64,000 bases of DNA, taken from assembly GCF_036321535.1 (NCBI RefSeq), contig NC_087437.1, forward strand, positions 15,378,001 through 15,442,000, given 5' to 3'. Shown piece by piece: positions 14,000 to 25,032 of the stretch; the first letter of the stretch is position 1; every line of letters begins with the position of its first letter. A program made the translations under genes and the position numbers. The notes beneath the pieces were generated by a model. That model was not told the DNA's origin, did not search any database, and saw only the letters and a program-made list of their open reading frames with translations. Source of the DNA: Camelus dromedarius (Eukaryota).

Positions 14000-15050
14000 C
14001 ACACTGGATCAGTGTTAAGGAGCTTCTCTGTTATTAATTTGTTTTGTATCTGCATAGTATTCTATTACACACATACACCATAGTTAATTTAGCCTTTTTT
14101 GGACTTTTGGATGTAGTTTTCTCCCCAGCTGCTTCAGGGCTGCAGTGAATAACATCGTACACTCATTCAGCACAGGCACAGGCATATCTGTAGGATAAAT
14201 TCCTAGCAATGGACTTGCTGGGTCAATGAATAATAATAATAGTTAACATTTGCATGGCATTTACTAAGAGCTGGACACTGTGGTATGTACTTTACAAGAA
14301 CTAATATATTTTAATCCTCACAAGCATCTTCAGAGGTAGGTACTATTATCATCCCATTTTATAGATGAGAAAAACTGAGGCAGAGAGAAGTAGGTGACTT
14401 GGGCAGCTGGGATTCACACCAAGGTGCTGGGGCTCCAGTTCATTCTTCTCTTTTTAAATTTTTATTTATTTTTTAATTAATTTTGGAGGGTCAGGTAATT
14501 AGATTCATTCATCTATTTATTTAACGGAGGTACTGGAGCTGGAACCCAGGACCTCATGCTTACGAGGCGCGCACTCTATCACTGAGCTATACCCACCCCA
14601 CTCTGGTTCATTCTCTTAACCATTACGTTTTACTGCCTTTCAAAGGTCGTGGGAATTTGTCACTTAGAGGAATGTGGCCAAATTGTCTCCCCTGCAGTTT
14701 TACCAATTCACATTCCCACCAGCAGCATGTGGGTACACTTGTTTTCACACCAGCGCTGTGCTGAATCAAACCTTCTGCTCTGTGCCAATCTGATAGGTGA
14801 AAATGGTTATCTGTGTCATCCTAACTTGAATTTCTTTTACATGAGTCAGGTTGAGCATCTCTTCATCTAAGGGCCCTGTGTACTTCCTTTTCCATGAAAC
14901 ATCCACTCATATCTTTTGCTCATTTTTCTGCTTGTTTACATCTGTGACTTTTGATGAGCTTTTTATATCTTGGGAGGATGAATCCCTGGTGATTCAAGTT
15001 ATACAGATGGTTTCACAGGTAGTCATTCTTTTGATTTTGCTTGTGGTGAG
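14000..15050 (-). mobile_element. Ancient L1M fragment interrupted by a MIR and a SINE
   Basis: GGATAAATTCCTAGCAATGGACTTGCTGGGTCA and ACCAATTCACATTCCCACCAGCAG flank the insertions. Confidence 0.65.
14451..14600 (-). mobile_element. tRNA-derived SINE (Vic-1-like) nested in a MIR
   Basis: Same consensus, GTTCATTCT on both flanks, MIR sequence on both sides. Confidence 0.85.
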
Positions 15051-16446
15051 TTTGGGGCAGAGTATCCTGCAGGGATAAGTGAAGGGCAAAGGCTTGTTGA
15101 GAAGGGGAGGGAAGGGAAAGACGGAACAGATCCCTGGAGAGAGGTGGTCTCTGCCTAGTGAGGCAGGAAGGAAGGAAGGGGATGGTGAGAGTGCAGGGAC
15201 CCCTTGTAGAGACAGGGGCACAGGGCTCAAACCCTCCAAATGTGACCCACTCAGACCGGAGGCTGATGGGGAGGGGTTCCACCGCAGACACAAAGGTTTC
15301 TCTCTAAGAAAGGACTGCCGGGCTACAAGGCTGTGGTTAGCAGGCAGCCTATAGCTATTGGCTCCTGCTGGGTCCACCCAGCTTTCAGACCAAGTTTAAG
15401 CTCTTCCTGGGGTGGTCCAAGGGCCTGGGCATTTCCACGCTTCCACCCAACACAGGCTCCTCTAACTGTCCCTGGCAGGCTGGCGGAGACTGTCAGGTCT
15501 GCATCGCAGTCTGGAGGCTCCATCGTGTTTTCTCCCTCTTCTTTCACAGGTGTTAGTTCCTCTGCCCAGCTCTCCCATAAGTCATCTTGCATTCCTAAAG
15601 CCACCTCCATGTTGGCTTCCTGGAAAACCCAAGCAGTCCAAACTCTTAAAATCTTTTGGTAAAAATTGCATACAAATGTTAGCATTAAAGAGCCAGGCTT
15701 CAGTTTAACCGAGCTATATTTCATATTTGAGTCTAAAGATCTGCTTATTTGTTTTCTATTTCATGGTGACTATAAATGTCCTTTGACTTGGACATAAAGT
15801 GAAAATGTTGTCCTGTCGGGGAAGACAGTGGAGGGTGGCCCTGCCAACACCTAGGGGGATTCTGATCGCAGCTCAGAGGCTGGAGGAGCAGTGTGGAGTG
15901 GCTGGTCTGGGGGTGACCTCTGGATGGGTCTCCTGTGTAAGGATTGTGGGAGCACCTCCAAAACTGGCCCCAGGCCTGAGACCACACCACGCAGGACGTG
16001 GGGCTCAGAACCATCTTTGCTGGCAGCCTTCAGTGGACCGGGCTGGTCCCCCACCCACTGAGTATTGCCAGAGTGACCCCATCACACCACTTCTCGGTCT
16101 TAAGCTTTGGATGGTAAAACCTGGAGTCTATCCCCCTCGCCTGTAATTCAAGGCCCTTCAAACACTGGGCCTGGTCCTCCTCTGCAGTCTCTTTTTGACC
16201 AACCCCACCTTTTATTCTCTTCTTTCCACACTCACGGGACCACTGGCCATTCTGAGAGCCCAGTGGGCACTGCATCCCAGCTTGTCTGTCTGCCTAAAAC
16301 ACCTTTCTGTCTCTCTTCACTTGTTAAGGCTTAGCTGATATATCAGCTCCTCAGATGTGCTTTATGAGGAGAGAGAGGTAGAGAGGAGATAGAGAAGTGT
16401 AGGTTCACTTTGCCATTCTCAAGTTTCCTTAAGAGACGGAACTAGA

Positions 16447-16595
16447 GGGGGAGGGTATAGCTCAGTGGTAGAGTGTGTGCTTAGCATGCACAAGGTTCTG
16501 GGTTCAACCCCCAGGACCTCCATTAAAAACAATAAGTAAATAAACTTAATTACCTACGCCCCCCCAAAATAAATATAATAAATACAACGAAAAAA
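16447..16595 (+). mobile_element. tRNA-derived SINE (Vic-1-like)
   Basis: GGGGGAGGGTATAGCTCAGTGGTAGAG...GGGTTCAACCCC followed by an A-rich tail. Confidence 0.88.
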
Positions 16596-17359
16596 TTTTT
16601 TAGAAGAGAGATGACAGTAAATATTCAGTGTTTTTAATTAGCAACACCCCTCCACCACCCACTACCCTGTGGAACTGCCCTGTCTTTGAAGAGGCTCAGC
16701 GCGGAGCCTGGACCACGTGAGAGCTGGGTTATACGGGTTACACATACTTTCCTGGAAGACGGCCTAACAGGCAGCTCTCGGCCATTCTTCCCACAGCCAT
16801 TTTCATCCCCTGCTGGCCGCCCCCGTTCCCAGCATGCGTACTGCCGTGACCACCCTCAGTGATCTACATCAAAACCACTAATGTTTATCAGACATTGTTT
16901 CAACTTTCTCACCAGGACTGCCTGAAATGTCGAAATGCAATAGCATGTAAGTCAGCCCGAAAACACGTGTTGAGCACATAATGTGGGTGATGAATGGTGG
17001 TGGGTGATGATAGGTCAGGGGGCTACGAGGAAGCACAATGTGACATAGTACCTGCCCCCATGGGCTCAGATCACCCCATCTGTAGATAAGGCAAACACCA
17101 GCCAGCCAATAGCCGTGCGTGGCCAATGACACAGGCCCAAGGTGACTGGGGACCTCAGTGGAAGGCGATCACTGCAGCCAAGACAGCGAGAGAGCTCCCC
17201 ACGGACAGTGGGGATTGAGGTGGGTTTTAAAGAACGGCAGGAACTGAAGAGACTGGAGCGTGAGGAGGGCCTCTAGGGAGAAGGCGGTACCATGAATCAC
17301 TCAGGAAGAGCCCCACTTATTTTGTTTGATGAGCCTGGGATGCATCAGATATCTCTTTA

Positions 17360-17548
17360 AAGCAAGGTCTCAAGCATGGCTAGTATTTTAATTACCTGGA
17401 AGTTTAAAAAAAAAAAAAAAAGACTGATACCCGGGTCTCACCTCCAAAGAGCTTGATTGAATTGGTCTAGGGTACAGCCCAGGCACTGGGAATTTGAAAA
17501 GCTCTCCAGGTGATGTGTGGGGTGCAGCCAGGGCTGAGAGCCTCTGCT
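17360..17548. mobile_element. MER5-type hAT-Charlie element
   Basis: AAAAGCTCTCCAGGTGAT...GCAGCCAGGGCTGAGAGCCTCTG. Confidence 0.65.
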
Positions 17549-19709
17549 TGACAGGAAGTTCAGGCAGCGTGAGGCTGGCAGCCTGGCAGCCCTCGGGCAC
17601 ACACACCTGTTAGGCTCTGGCACTTCTAAGGCATGCCTCTCATTCCGTCCTCCTGGACAGCGGCCACCCCAGGGAGAGGCCCGGCCTCTCTTACATCCCA
17701 CTCACACACCTGGCATCAGGTTCCCAGGAAGATTTCTCTGCCGGTTTCACACTAAGAGTCACATGGTCATCAGCTGGCCACAAGCTGCTTGGCTTTCCCT
17801 CTGCCATCCGTGTCTCTGCCCTGCACTTTCCTGCAGCTCTGAAGGAGGCAGTGGAAGCTGTGGGCATCCACCCACCTCCCAGGACCCTTCACTCGCAGGG
17901 GACACATCTACACATCAGGGCTGGGCAGGGGCCTCACATGGACTGCAGAGGTGGTGCCGGAAGGTGATTTCTCTCCCCGCCTTTCCTGACCGTGAGCGGT
18001 GAGGGGGGCCTGAATAAAGTCCAGCTTGCCTTTTGAGGCTGTTTCCACCGAGCGGTCTCAGGAATGCTGTTCCTCATTTCAGAGGACTCCGTAGGTGTGG
18101 CTGTTGGCCACCAGCCAGCGTGCGCGGTGAGGACCGGGCACTGGTCACAGGTTTGACCCAAGGCCACCGCCCAACCTCCTTTTAGCAGCTCAGCCAGGTG
18201 TCTAAGCAGCTACAGGAAAGGGCACATAGGGGTGACATTATGATTTTCCCACAAGAAAGATTGCTACACCCTGGGGTTTACAATCCAGGCAAGAGATGAA
18301 GTACCCTGGCTCAGAGGCCCTCTTATTTGGTTATTTATTTTAAAATAACTTTATTGATTTTGTTTGAAAATGGTACACATGTTTTATTAAAAGAAAAAAA
18401 TGCAAACAGCCACATACTCAGAGGAAACTGAAGTCCTATTGGCTCAAGAAAGTCAGTCTCTCTAGCACTTTGCGAGCATCTCCAAAGGTCAGCGCCGCGG
18501 GCACTGGGCTTGTGCACCGGACAGGGGCATGGAGAACCTGACCGCTGAAAGCTCTCTCGGTCCTGGGCCTACAGAAGTAATGTGATGACTCTGTCTCCAA
18601 GCAGGCCCCTCTGGAGATGGCCTATCACTCTGCCTTCTTGGAAAGAACATCCAAGAGCTCCCACACTGGAACCCATTAGAACAGAGCGGATGCCGAGGCG
18701 GTGGCTCACCTCCTCGGGTCTGGCCTGGAGAGTTCTCCCAGGCTGGCCGTCATCCGCAGTCATCTCCGTTGCCTCACAGCCCTCCAACTATGCTAAGAAT
18801 GCGAACCATTTCCCATGAGGTTGGCAACCGTGGAGCAATGTTGAGCCTAACCTCCCCAGATATCTGCTTTGCAAACAGATACAACAGAAACATCCTGAAA
18901 ATGTGATCTTCAGCCCATTCACCTTAGGCCGTGTGCATGTCTGCTGGCCTGCCAGGAGTGTTTCTGCTTCTAGAGTCCATCTTGGGGTTGCTGGGGAGCC
19001 GGCCTGGGATGTGGCACATTCCCCCCGGATGCAGAGAACAGAGAACTCTCTGGAATGGACCTCTCAGGGGAATGAGGGCCAAGTCATGACCCAGGCCCTT
19101 TGCAGAGGGCTGGCTTCTACCCCAGTACTGGAGTCATTCGGGTGCCTTTTGGCCTCTAAGACTCCTGCGCTGGCTTCACCAGCAGCAAGGATCCACCTCA
19201 ACCAGGCTTTGGCCTCCATCCGATTTTGTGGTCAAGCCAAGATCATGCCAGGCTTCGCAGAGTGTGAGAGGAGGCAGAGGACAAGACTTTCTGAGTTGCT
19301 CTCACCTTCTGAGAGACTCTAGAATGCCTTGTTGCATAATCGGGACCCTGTGACCTACATAAACCTTCCAGACATAGAGCAGGTGGGGGCCCGGACTCAT
19401 CCCAGGGGAGCCTGACTTGGGGAGGGTGGGAGTGGGGAGGCTTCATAGTCCTGAGATGTTGAAACCACCTAGACATTCAGTGATGGCTTAGTGAATCATG
19501 ATATGTCCACGGGGTGCAATCTCATGTAAAAACGATTATTGTAAAGTCTATTTAGCAACATTACAAATGTTTACGATACCATGCGAGGTGAATAAAAGGG
19601 AGAGACGCCTATTTTTTGCACACCAGCAAGAAGAGACTAGAAAGGGATTAAAAAAAAAACAGTTGCTAAGGTAACAGTGGTGTGATTATGGACCTTATTC
19701 TTTTAAAAG

Positions 19710-19875
19710 AAAACAGTGGCTTTAAAGTCAGACAGATCCGGACTTAGTTATAGCTCTCATTAGACATGACCTTGGTAGGTAGTATAATGTCTCTGAGGTT
19801 GGTTCCTCATCTGTAAAATGGGCACAAGAATTCCTGCCTTACAAGATTCCTGTGAAGACAAATCAGATGATGCGT
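19710..19875 (+). mobile_element. MIR
   Basis: TTCCTCATCTGTAAAATGGG core. Confidence 0.65.
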
Positions 19876-21119
19876 TTCCTCCCTTCTCGCCTTCTTTCTT
19901 CCTCCTCTCTCTCCCTCCCCCTGCATATTTTCCACTAAAACAGCACCATGCGGTTACTTACAAAGGATTCCACCGCTGAGTCACCCTTGGGTCTGCCTAA
20001 CTCTCTCTCGCTTCCCGGGGAAGCATGTTTGCCTATTTGTGCTCCAAGCAGAGCTGGACGCATATGCCTGGACAGGAGGCGCTAAAGACAGTGTAGTCCA
20101 GGCTGCAGTGGGCAGGAGGAAGCTTGTCTGGCCTTCACTTTCAGACCTGCAACCATGATGTCCACCTTCCACCCCCAAACAAAGCCACCAAGGGGATGTG
20201 GCCCGGCTGACACCACACACTGAGCAGACCCTTCTCCCTTCCCTGCTGCTGGGCTCAGAGCTGGATCGGTCCTTCCCAAAGCAGGTGCCCCTGGAAAGCA
20301 GAGTGATTTCCAGTGGCAAGTGGACATACACGTTCATTTGAAGAGGGTGGGAATTCCATATATGTTCAGAAAATAGGAAGCAGTAGCTGTAATGGTGTAA
20401 CAGAAGTGACAAAAAACTGATCCAACAGAAAGGGAACTAGTGCATAAATCATATTTGAGGTTGTAATGGGTATGCTGAACACCAGGAAGGAGCAGGTGGA
20501 GTGCCTTACACTTGGGGGCCACTTCTCTGCCCTCTTGCCTCCATCTCCTAACTCTGACCCAGCCTTTGTCTCTTCTAATGTCTGCCCCTGACCACCTCCC
20601 CCTGTAGCCAGAGATCTTCCTAAAAGGAAACCTTCACTCTAAAACAGTGCCCTTAGGGAGAAGTCTGGGCTTCTCCTTGGCAAAGCCTCCAAGGCCTTCT
20701 AAGATGGGACTCCGCCCGTCTTGAGAGTTTCATTGTCACCCTTATCCTCTTCCCACTTTATGTCCCTACACCCTGGAGTTCCAAACCCAACTTGCTTGGG
20801 ATGAGTCTTGAGATGTGCTAACACCTCTTCCTGGGATGTCCTTTCTCTTTCCTCTATCTTAAGAACTCCTATTCAACCTTCAAAACCTTTTCAAGGGTCT
20901 CTTACCTCTGTGAAACTGTCTTGATCTCTTTGCAAAGGGTTAATCCCACCTTCCCCTCTGTCATGAACCATTATATTACATGGAGCCCAAATTTTCTGTT
21001 TCCTCGACTGTTTCCTTGGTGAGGTGATCTCTGTACGCTTAGGATTTTTAGTTCAGGGTCTTAGAACTTTGTACAGTAGTGGATATATGACAGGTGCTCA
21101 ATGCTAAAAAAAAATGTGA

Positions 21120-21310
21120 TAGTTATAGCTACTGTCTGTGAAGTGTTCTCTGTGTATTGTCTCATTTAATCCTCACAGCCTCCTTAAGAGAAAGAAACTA
21201 TTGAGACACCCATCTTAGACATGAGGAAACCGAGGCTCAGAGATGGAATACATTTGCTGCAAATCTGACGAGTGGAGGAAGCAGGTTTCACAGCCCAGCT
21301 GCCTGACTCT
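21120..21310 (-). mobile_element. MIR
   Basis: CTCATTTAATCCTCACAGC...ATGAGGAAACCGAGGCTCAGAGA core. Confidence 0.7.
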
Positions 21311-24027
21311 TTTGTGCTGGGCCCCTCGCTCGCCGCTATCTGCTCTGCTGCAGTGCAGAGCCGCCCTCTCAGAGTGGTCAGGGGACTCCTTCCCGCCACC
21401 AGGTGTGGCCACAGCCTCCGGCCTGGCTGGGGAGCTCAGGCTCTCGGAGCGGCTCTTTCAAGCTCGCAGGGCTAGGGGTGGAAGCACAGGAGGAAGGAGA
21501 AATGGAAGTTGAGTCAGAGGCCTTGTGGAATTTCTGGCCTTTTTTGAATTCTGGGAAGAGAGAAAAAAAATGATCATACTTATTCCAAGTATGTCAAGAT
21601 CATAAGGGGGGCTCTCTACTGTTCACATGCAAAAATCTCTGGCAGCCAACACCTGCAAGCAAGAGGCCAGGCCAGGAGTCTGTGAGACCCAGACGCCCTG
21701 AGCTGGGCCTCATGCTCCCAGAGGGGCAGCTGGCCCAGGGGGAGAAGCAAGAAGGGAACGGGGAGGCGGGGACCGTCCTGTCCTCACAGCCCTGGCATTT
21801 CCTACAGGAAGAAATCGGTCCCCGTCCCTGGAATGTGGGCGGCCTCTCTTGCGTGGAAAGGGAAGTGAAAACGGCCACCTCTTTCCAAGCCCCAACTCCC
21901 AAGTGGGTGCCCTTGCTCTCTGGGGGCACTGGGCTGCCTCATCCAGTCTCATTCCTCAGCAATCCTCTCTTCGAGGAGGGGCCCCGCCACTCAGAGCTCT
22001 GCAGAAACACATCAGGAAGGGCAATTCGTACTCCATCTTCGTGTACTCAGATGTTCGTGAATTCAGTCAACATCCATTTACTCATTCATTCAACGTGTGC
22101 CCAGGGGCTGGAGGTGCTGCCAAATGCGGAGGATTTGGTGGTATCTGGGAATGTCCAGATTGAAGCTTCTCACTTCAATACAGGGGGTGGGTTTGCACTC
22201 ACACACTCGTGCTGGACCCCACCCAACCTAGGAATCAGGACTTCGGGGAGGGGTCTGGGGCTGAGGAATTTGGAACCCCCCCCCAAGTGATATGGACAAG
22301 AATCTCAGGTCCAGATACAGTGACCAGATTGGAAACATTTTTGTTCAGAAGTAGCTAAGGTTTCTATCTCTTTGGGAAGGTGGGGACATAATCTACAGCT
22401 TGGATTCATTCATTTATTCATTCCATTGGTTTTTAGTATCTATTGAACTCTCAGCAAGTGCCACTCCCTGCAGGAGGCGTTGGGGTGCAGACCTCCCGGG
22501 GCTCTCACAAGTGTGAGGACCCATCAAGCTGCTCCCCTCCTCCGCAGATTGCCCCGTCCCATTCTCATAATGAGAATGCCATGCCAAACCGCCATCCCTG
22601 AGGTCCCTTCTGTTAACTCTGTTGAAGGCTGCCACCTGCCCTCACCCCGGCATCACTTACCCCGCTTCTGTTTTCCTCAGCACTTACCACCTTCTGATGT
22701 TTCTGTCCTTTGCTAATTTATTATGAACACTGCTACTGTTTCCTGTCTCTCCCTCTCCTCCCAAGGAATCTAAGCAGCCAGAGGGCAGTATCTTTGCTTT
22801 GTCCCTGATCCAGAAAGTCCCTGGCAGAGATTGGATGCTCAGTAAATAGTTGTTGAATGAATTAAGCAAATAATAACACAGAGAAGTATAAAATTCACTA
22901 ATGTGGTAACTGCTGGCTAGAAAGAAAGATCAAAATTATCTCTGAGCTCCCAGCTTGTCAGCGCTATCATTTTAGTTCTGTTTTTCTTTGAAACACCATT
23001 CGCTTTTTACAATTATCCCGTGTGGTCAAGACTGTTCCTTTCTATTTTTATAGTTGTGTTTTTCCCATAACCCCGACCTCAGGAGGGGAAAGTCTGTTGA
23101 AGACCCAGAGGTCTCGGTCTCTCTGCCGCCCCAGGGTTCTCTGTCACCTCCCTGGGAATGAGGGCAGCAGGGGACCGGCTGGTGGCTGGTGGTCAGTCAC
23201 GTATTCAGCCAGGATCAGTCGCAGAGCCTATTCAGAAGGATGAGATAATAGGATTTAAAACAATTGTAAAAATACCTAACATGCCAGCAGGGACTCCTTC
23301 AGCAGGTTCAGGAGGTACTCAGGCTTCTGACCCTCCATGGAAGCCACGGGAGAGAGAATTCCAACGAAAGCGCTCCAGGGTGTCGAATATGGTGCGTATG
23401 TGTTTGTGTGTATGTGTGCACGTATCTGTGTAAAAAATGCTGACCCTAGTGACCCCGGCTCCAGGACCCCAGCAGAGATCAGAAAAGCCACCTCTTCAAG
23501 GCAGACGGAGAACCACATCAAAGGACTAATGCATCAAAGAAAGGATGAGTCAGTCAGAACCCTGGAGGTAGCCAGCCCCATCCCACGCTGACACAGAGGA
23601 CAGGGGGCAGCAGCCTTAGCCCAGCCCTATGGACCATTAACCATCCCAGGGATGGGGTGGGGGCAGTGGGTCCTCGCAGTCTGAGCCTCTCAGGACCCTT
23701 TCTTCTATCTCCACCCACTCTCCCCAGGCGGCTTTTAGCATCTGCCTATTATAAGTGTAACAGGTGTCTAGCATCCTAGTCAGGATGACCCTAAGGGCCA
23801 GTCTTTGGCCTGGTTGATTGGCCCTTTCCCAGAGAGCCAGAGACGGGCTCCAGGAAGGTGAGGATGCAGAGCGGGCTGGGCCAAGGAGGAGGCCACCCAC
23901 CAGCATCTTCCTGATGCCTGGGTAATGCCTGGTGCCCCAGAGCCATGACCCTCCTTTAAATGTGCTGAGGGATGTGCCTGATGAGCAGGGGCGTGGCAGG
24001 TACAGGTGGTGCCGCTGAGAGGTCTGC

Positions 24028-24051
24028 GGGGGGGGGGGGGGGGGGGGGGGG
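24028..24051 (+). repeat. Poly-G run (24 nt)
   Basis: Uninterrupted G24. Confidence 0.9.
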
Positions 24052-24863
24052 CGGCAACCTTGGGAAAGCCCGGCACACAGTTGTCTGCTAAGGCAGGGCT
24101 GTGAGGCCGCCTCAGGGCCCGAGGCGGGCAATGGAGCCAGAGACACCAGGTCAAGGAGGCTGCAGGGAGGGGGCCAAGGCCAGGGGTGGCATGGCTGAGT
24201 CAGGGCTGGCCCATTCCATCGGGGGTGAGACTGGAGGTCACAGGCTGTGACTGAGGTCACGTGGTGGGGAGGGTGGGAGGCAAGTCCTGCGAGCTCACGG
24301 GGAGGAAGGAATGCCGGGAATCCCTTCTGCTGGGAGTGAGTCCAGGCTGGAATGGTTTGTGGATTGATCAAGTCATCCCTGTCTCAAGCACCTTCTGTGG
24401 TTTTGATACCCCAGGATCCAAGTCCAAATCCCTCATGTTTAGCCTTTAAAGCCTCCAACACCCCCTCTCCCAGGCTCTCCCCGCCTTGGCCCCCAGAGCC
24501 CCGGTGCTGCCGGGAACTGTGACTTCTTCCCTTGCGCTTCCCTTGCCAGTGCCGCTGGTGACCTGGAGGGGCTCTTTTGTCTGGGAGTGTCCCTACTTTA
24601 ACCACAGACAGGCAATGGGTGCAGAGTGGAGAAGGTCAGAAGCCTTAGTACCTCATGAAGCTGGGGCTCAGGGAGCTTCTCCGGAAGCTCATGTCCCCTC
24701 AGTGAACCAATCCTCTCAAATTCAAGGACAGCACTGAAGTGTGCATACACAAAGCATAAGGCAGGGAGGCTTCCAAAGTCCAGTCTCTGACTGTACTGTC
24801 CAGACCAGCAGGCCCCAGAGTGGTTCCGTGGAGACAAGAACTCCATCAGAAACAAAAGGATTC

Positions 24864-25032
24864 TGAGGGAGGGTATAGCTCAGTTGTAGAGTGAGGGCTT
24901 AGCATGCATGAGGTCCTGGGTTCAATCCCCAGTACCTCTGTTAAAAAATAAATATAAGTAAATAAACCTATTACCTTTCTCACTCCCAGCTCCCTCTACC
25001 CCCCCAAAACAACAACAGCAACAGAAAAGAAA
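24864..25032 (+). mobile_element. tRNA-derived SINE (Vic-1-like)
   Basis: Same consensus; perfect 16-bp TSD AGAAACAAAAGGATTC at 24848-24863 and 25033-25048. Confidence 0.9.

Noticed and set aside
16447..16525. tRNA-like sequences (also near 3410, 13520, 14530 and 24870)
   Set aside because: Heads of tRNA-derived SINEs with AT-rich tails and mostly clear TSDs, not tRNA genes
21682..22290. 202-aa + strand ORF
   Set aside because: Starts at GTG and its 3' third runs through L2/MER5-like repeat sequence; could not be linked by splice phase to the exon chain at 23135
23637..24371. 244-aa minus-strand ORF with poly-Pro
   Set aside because: Poly-Pro comes from the G24 tract; no recognisable domain or splice support
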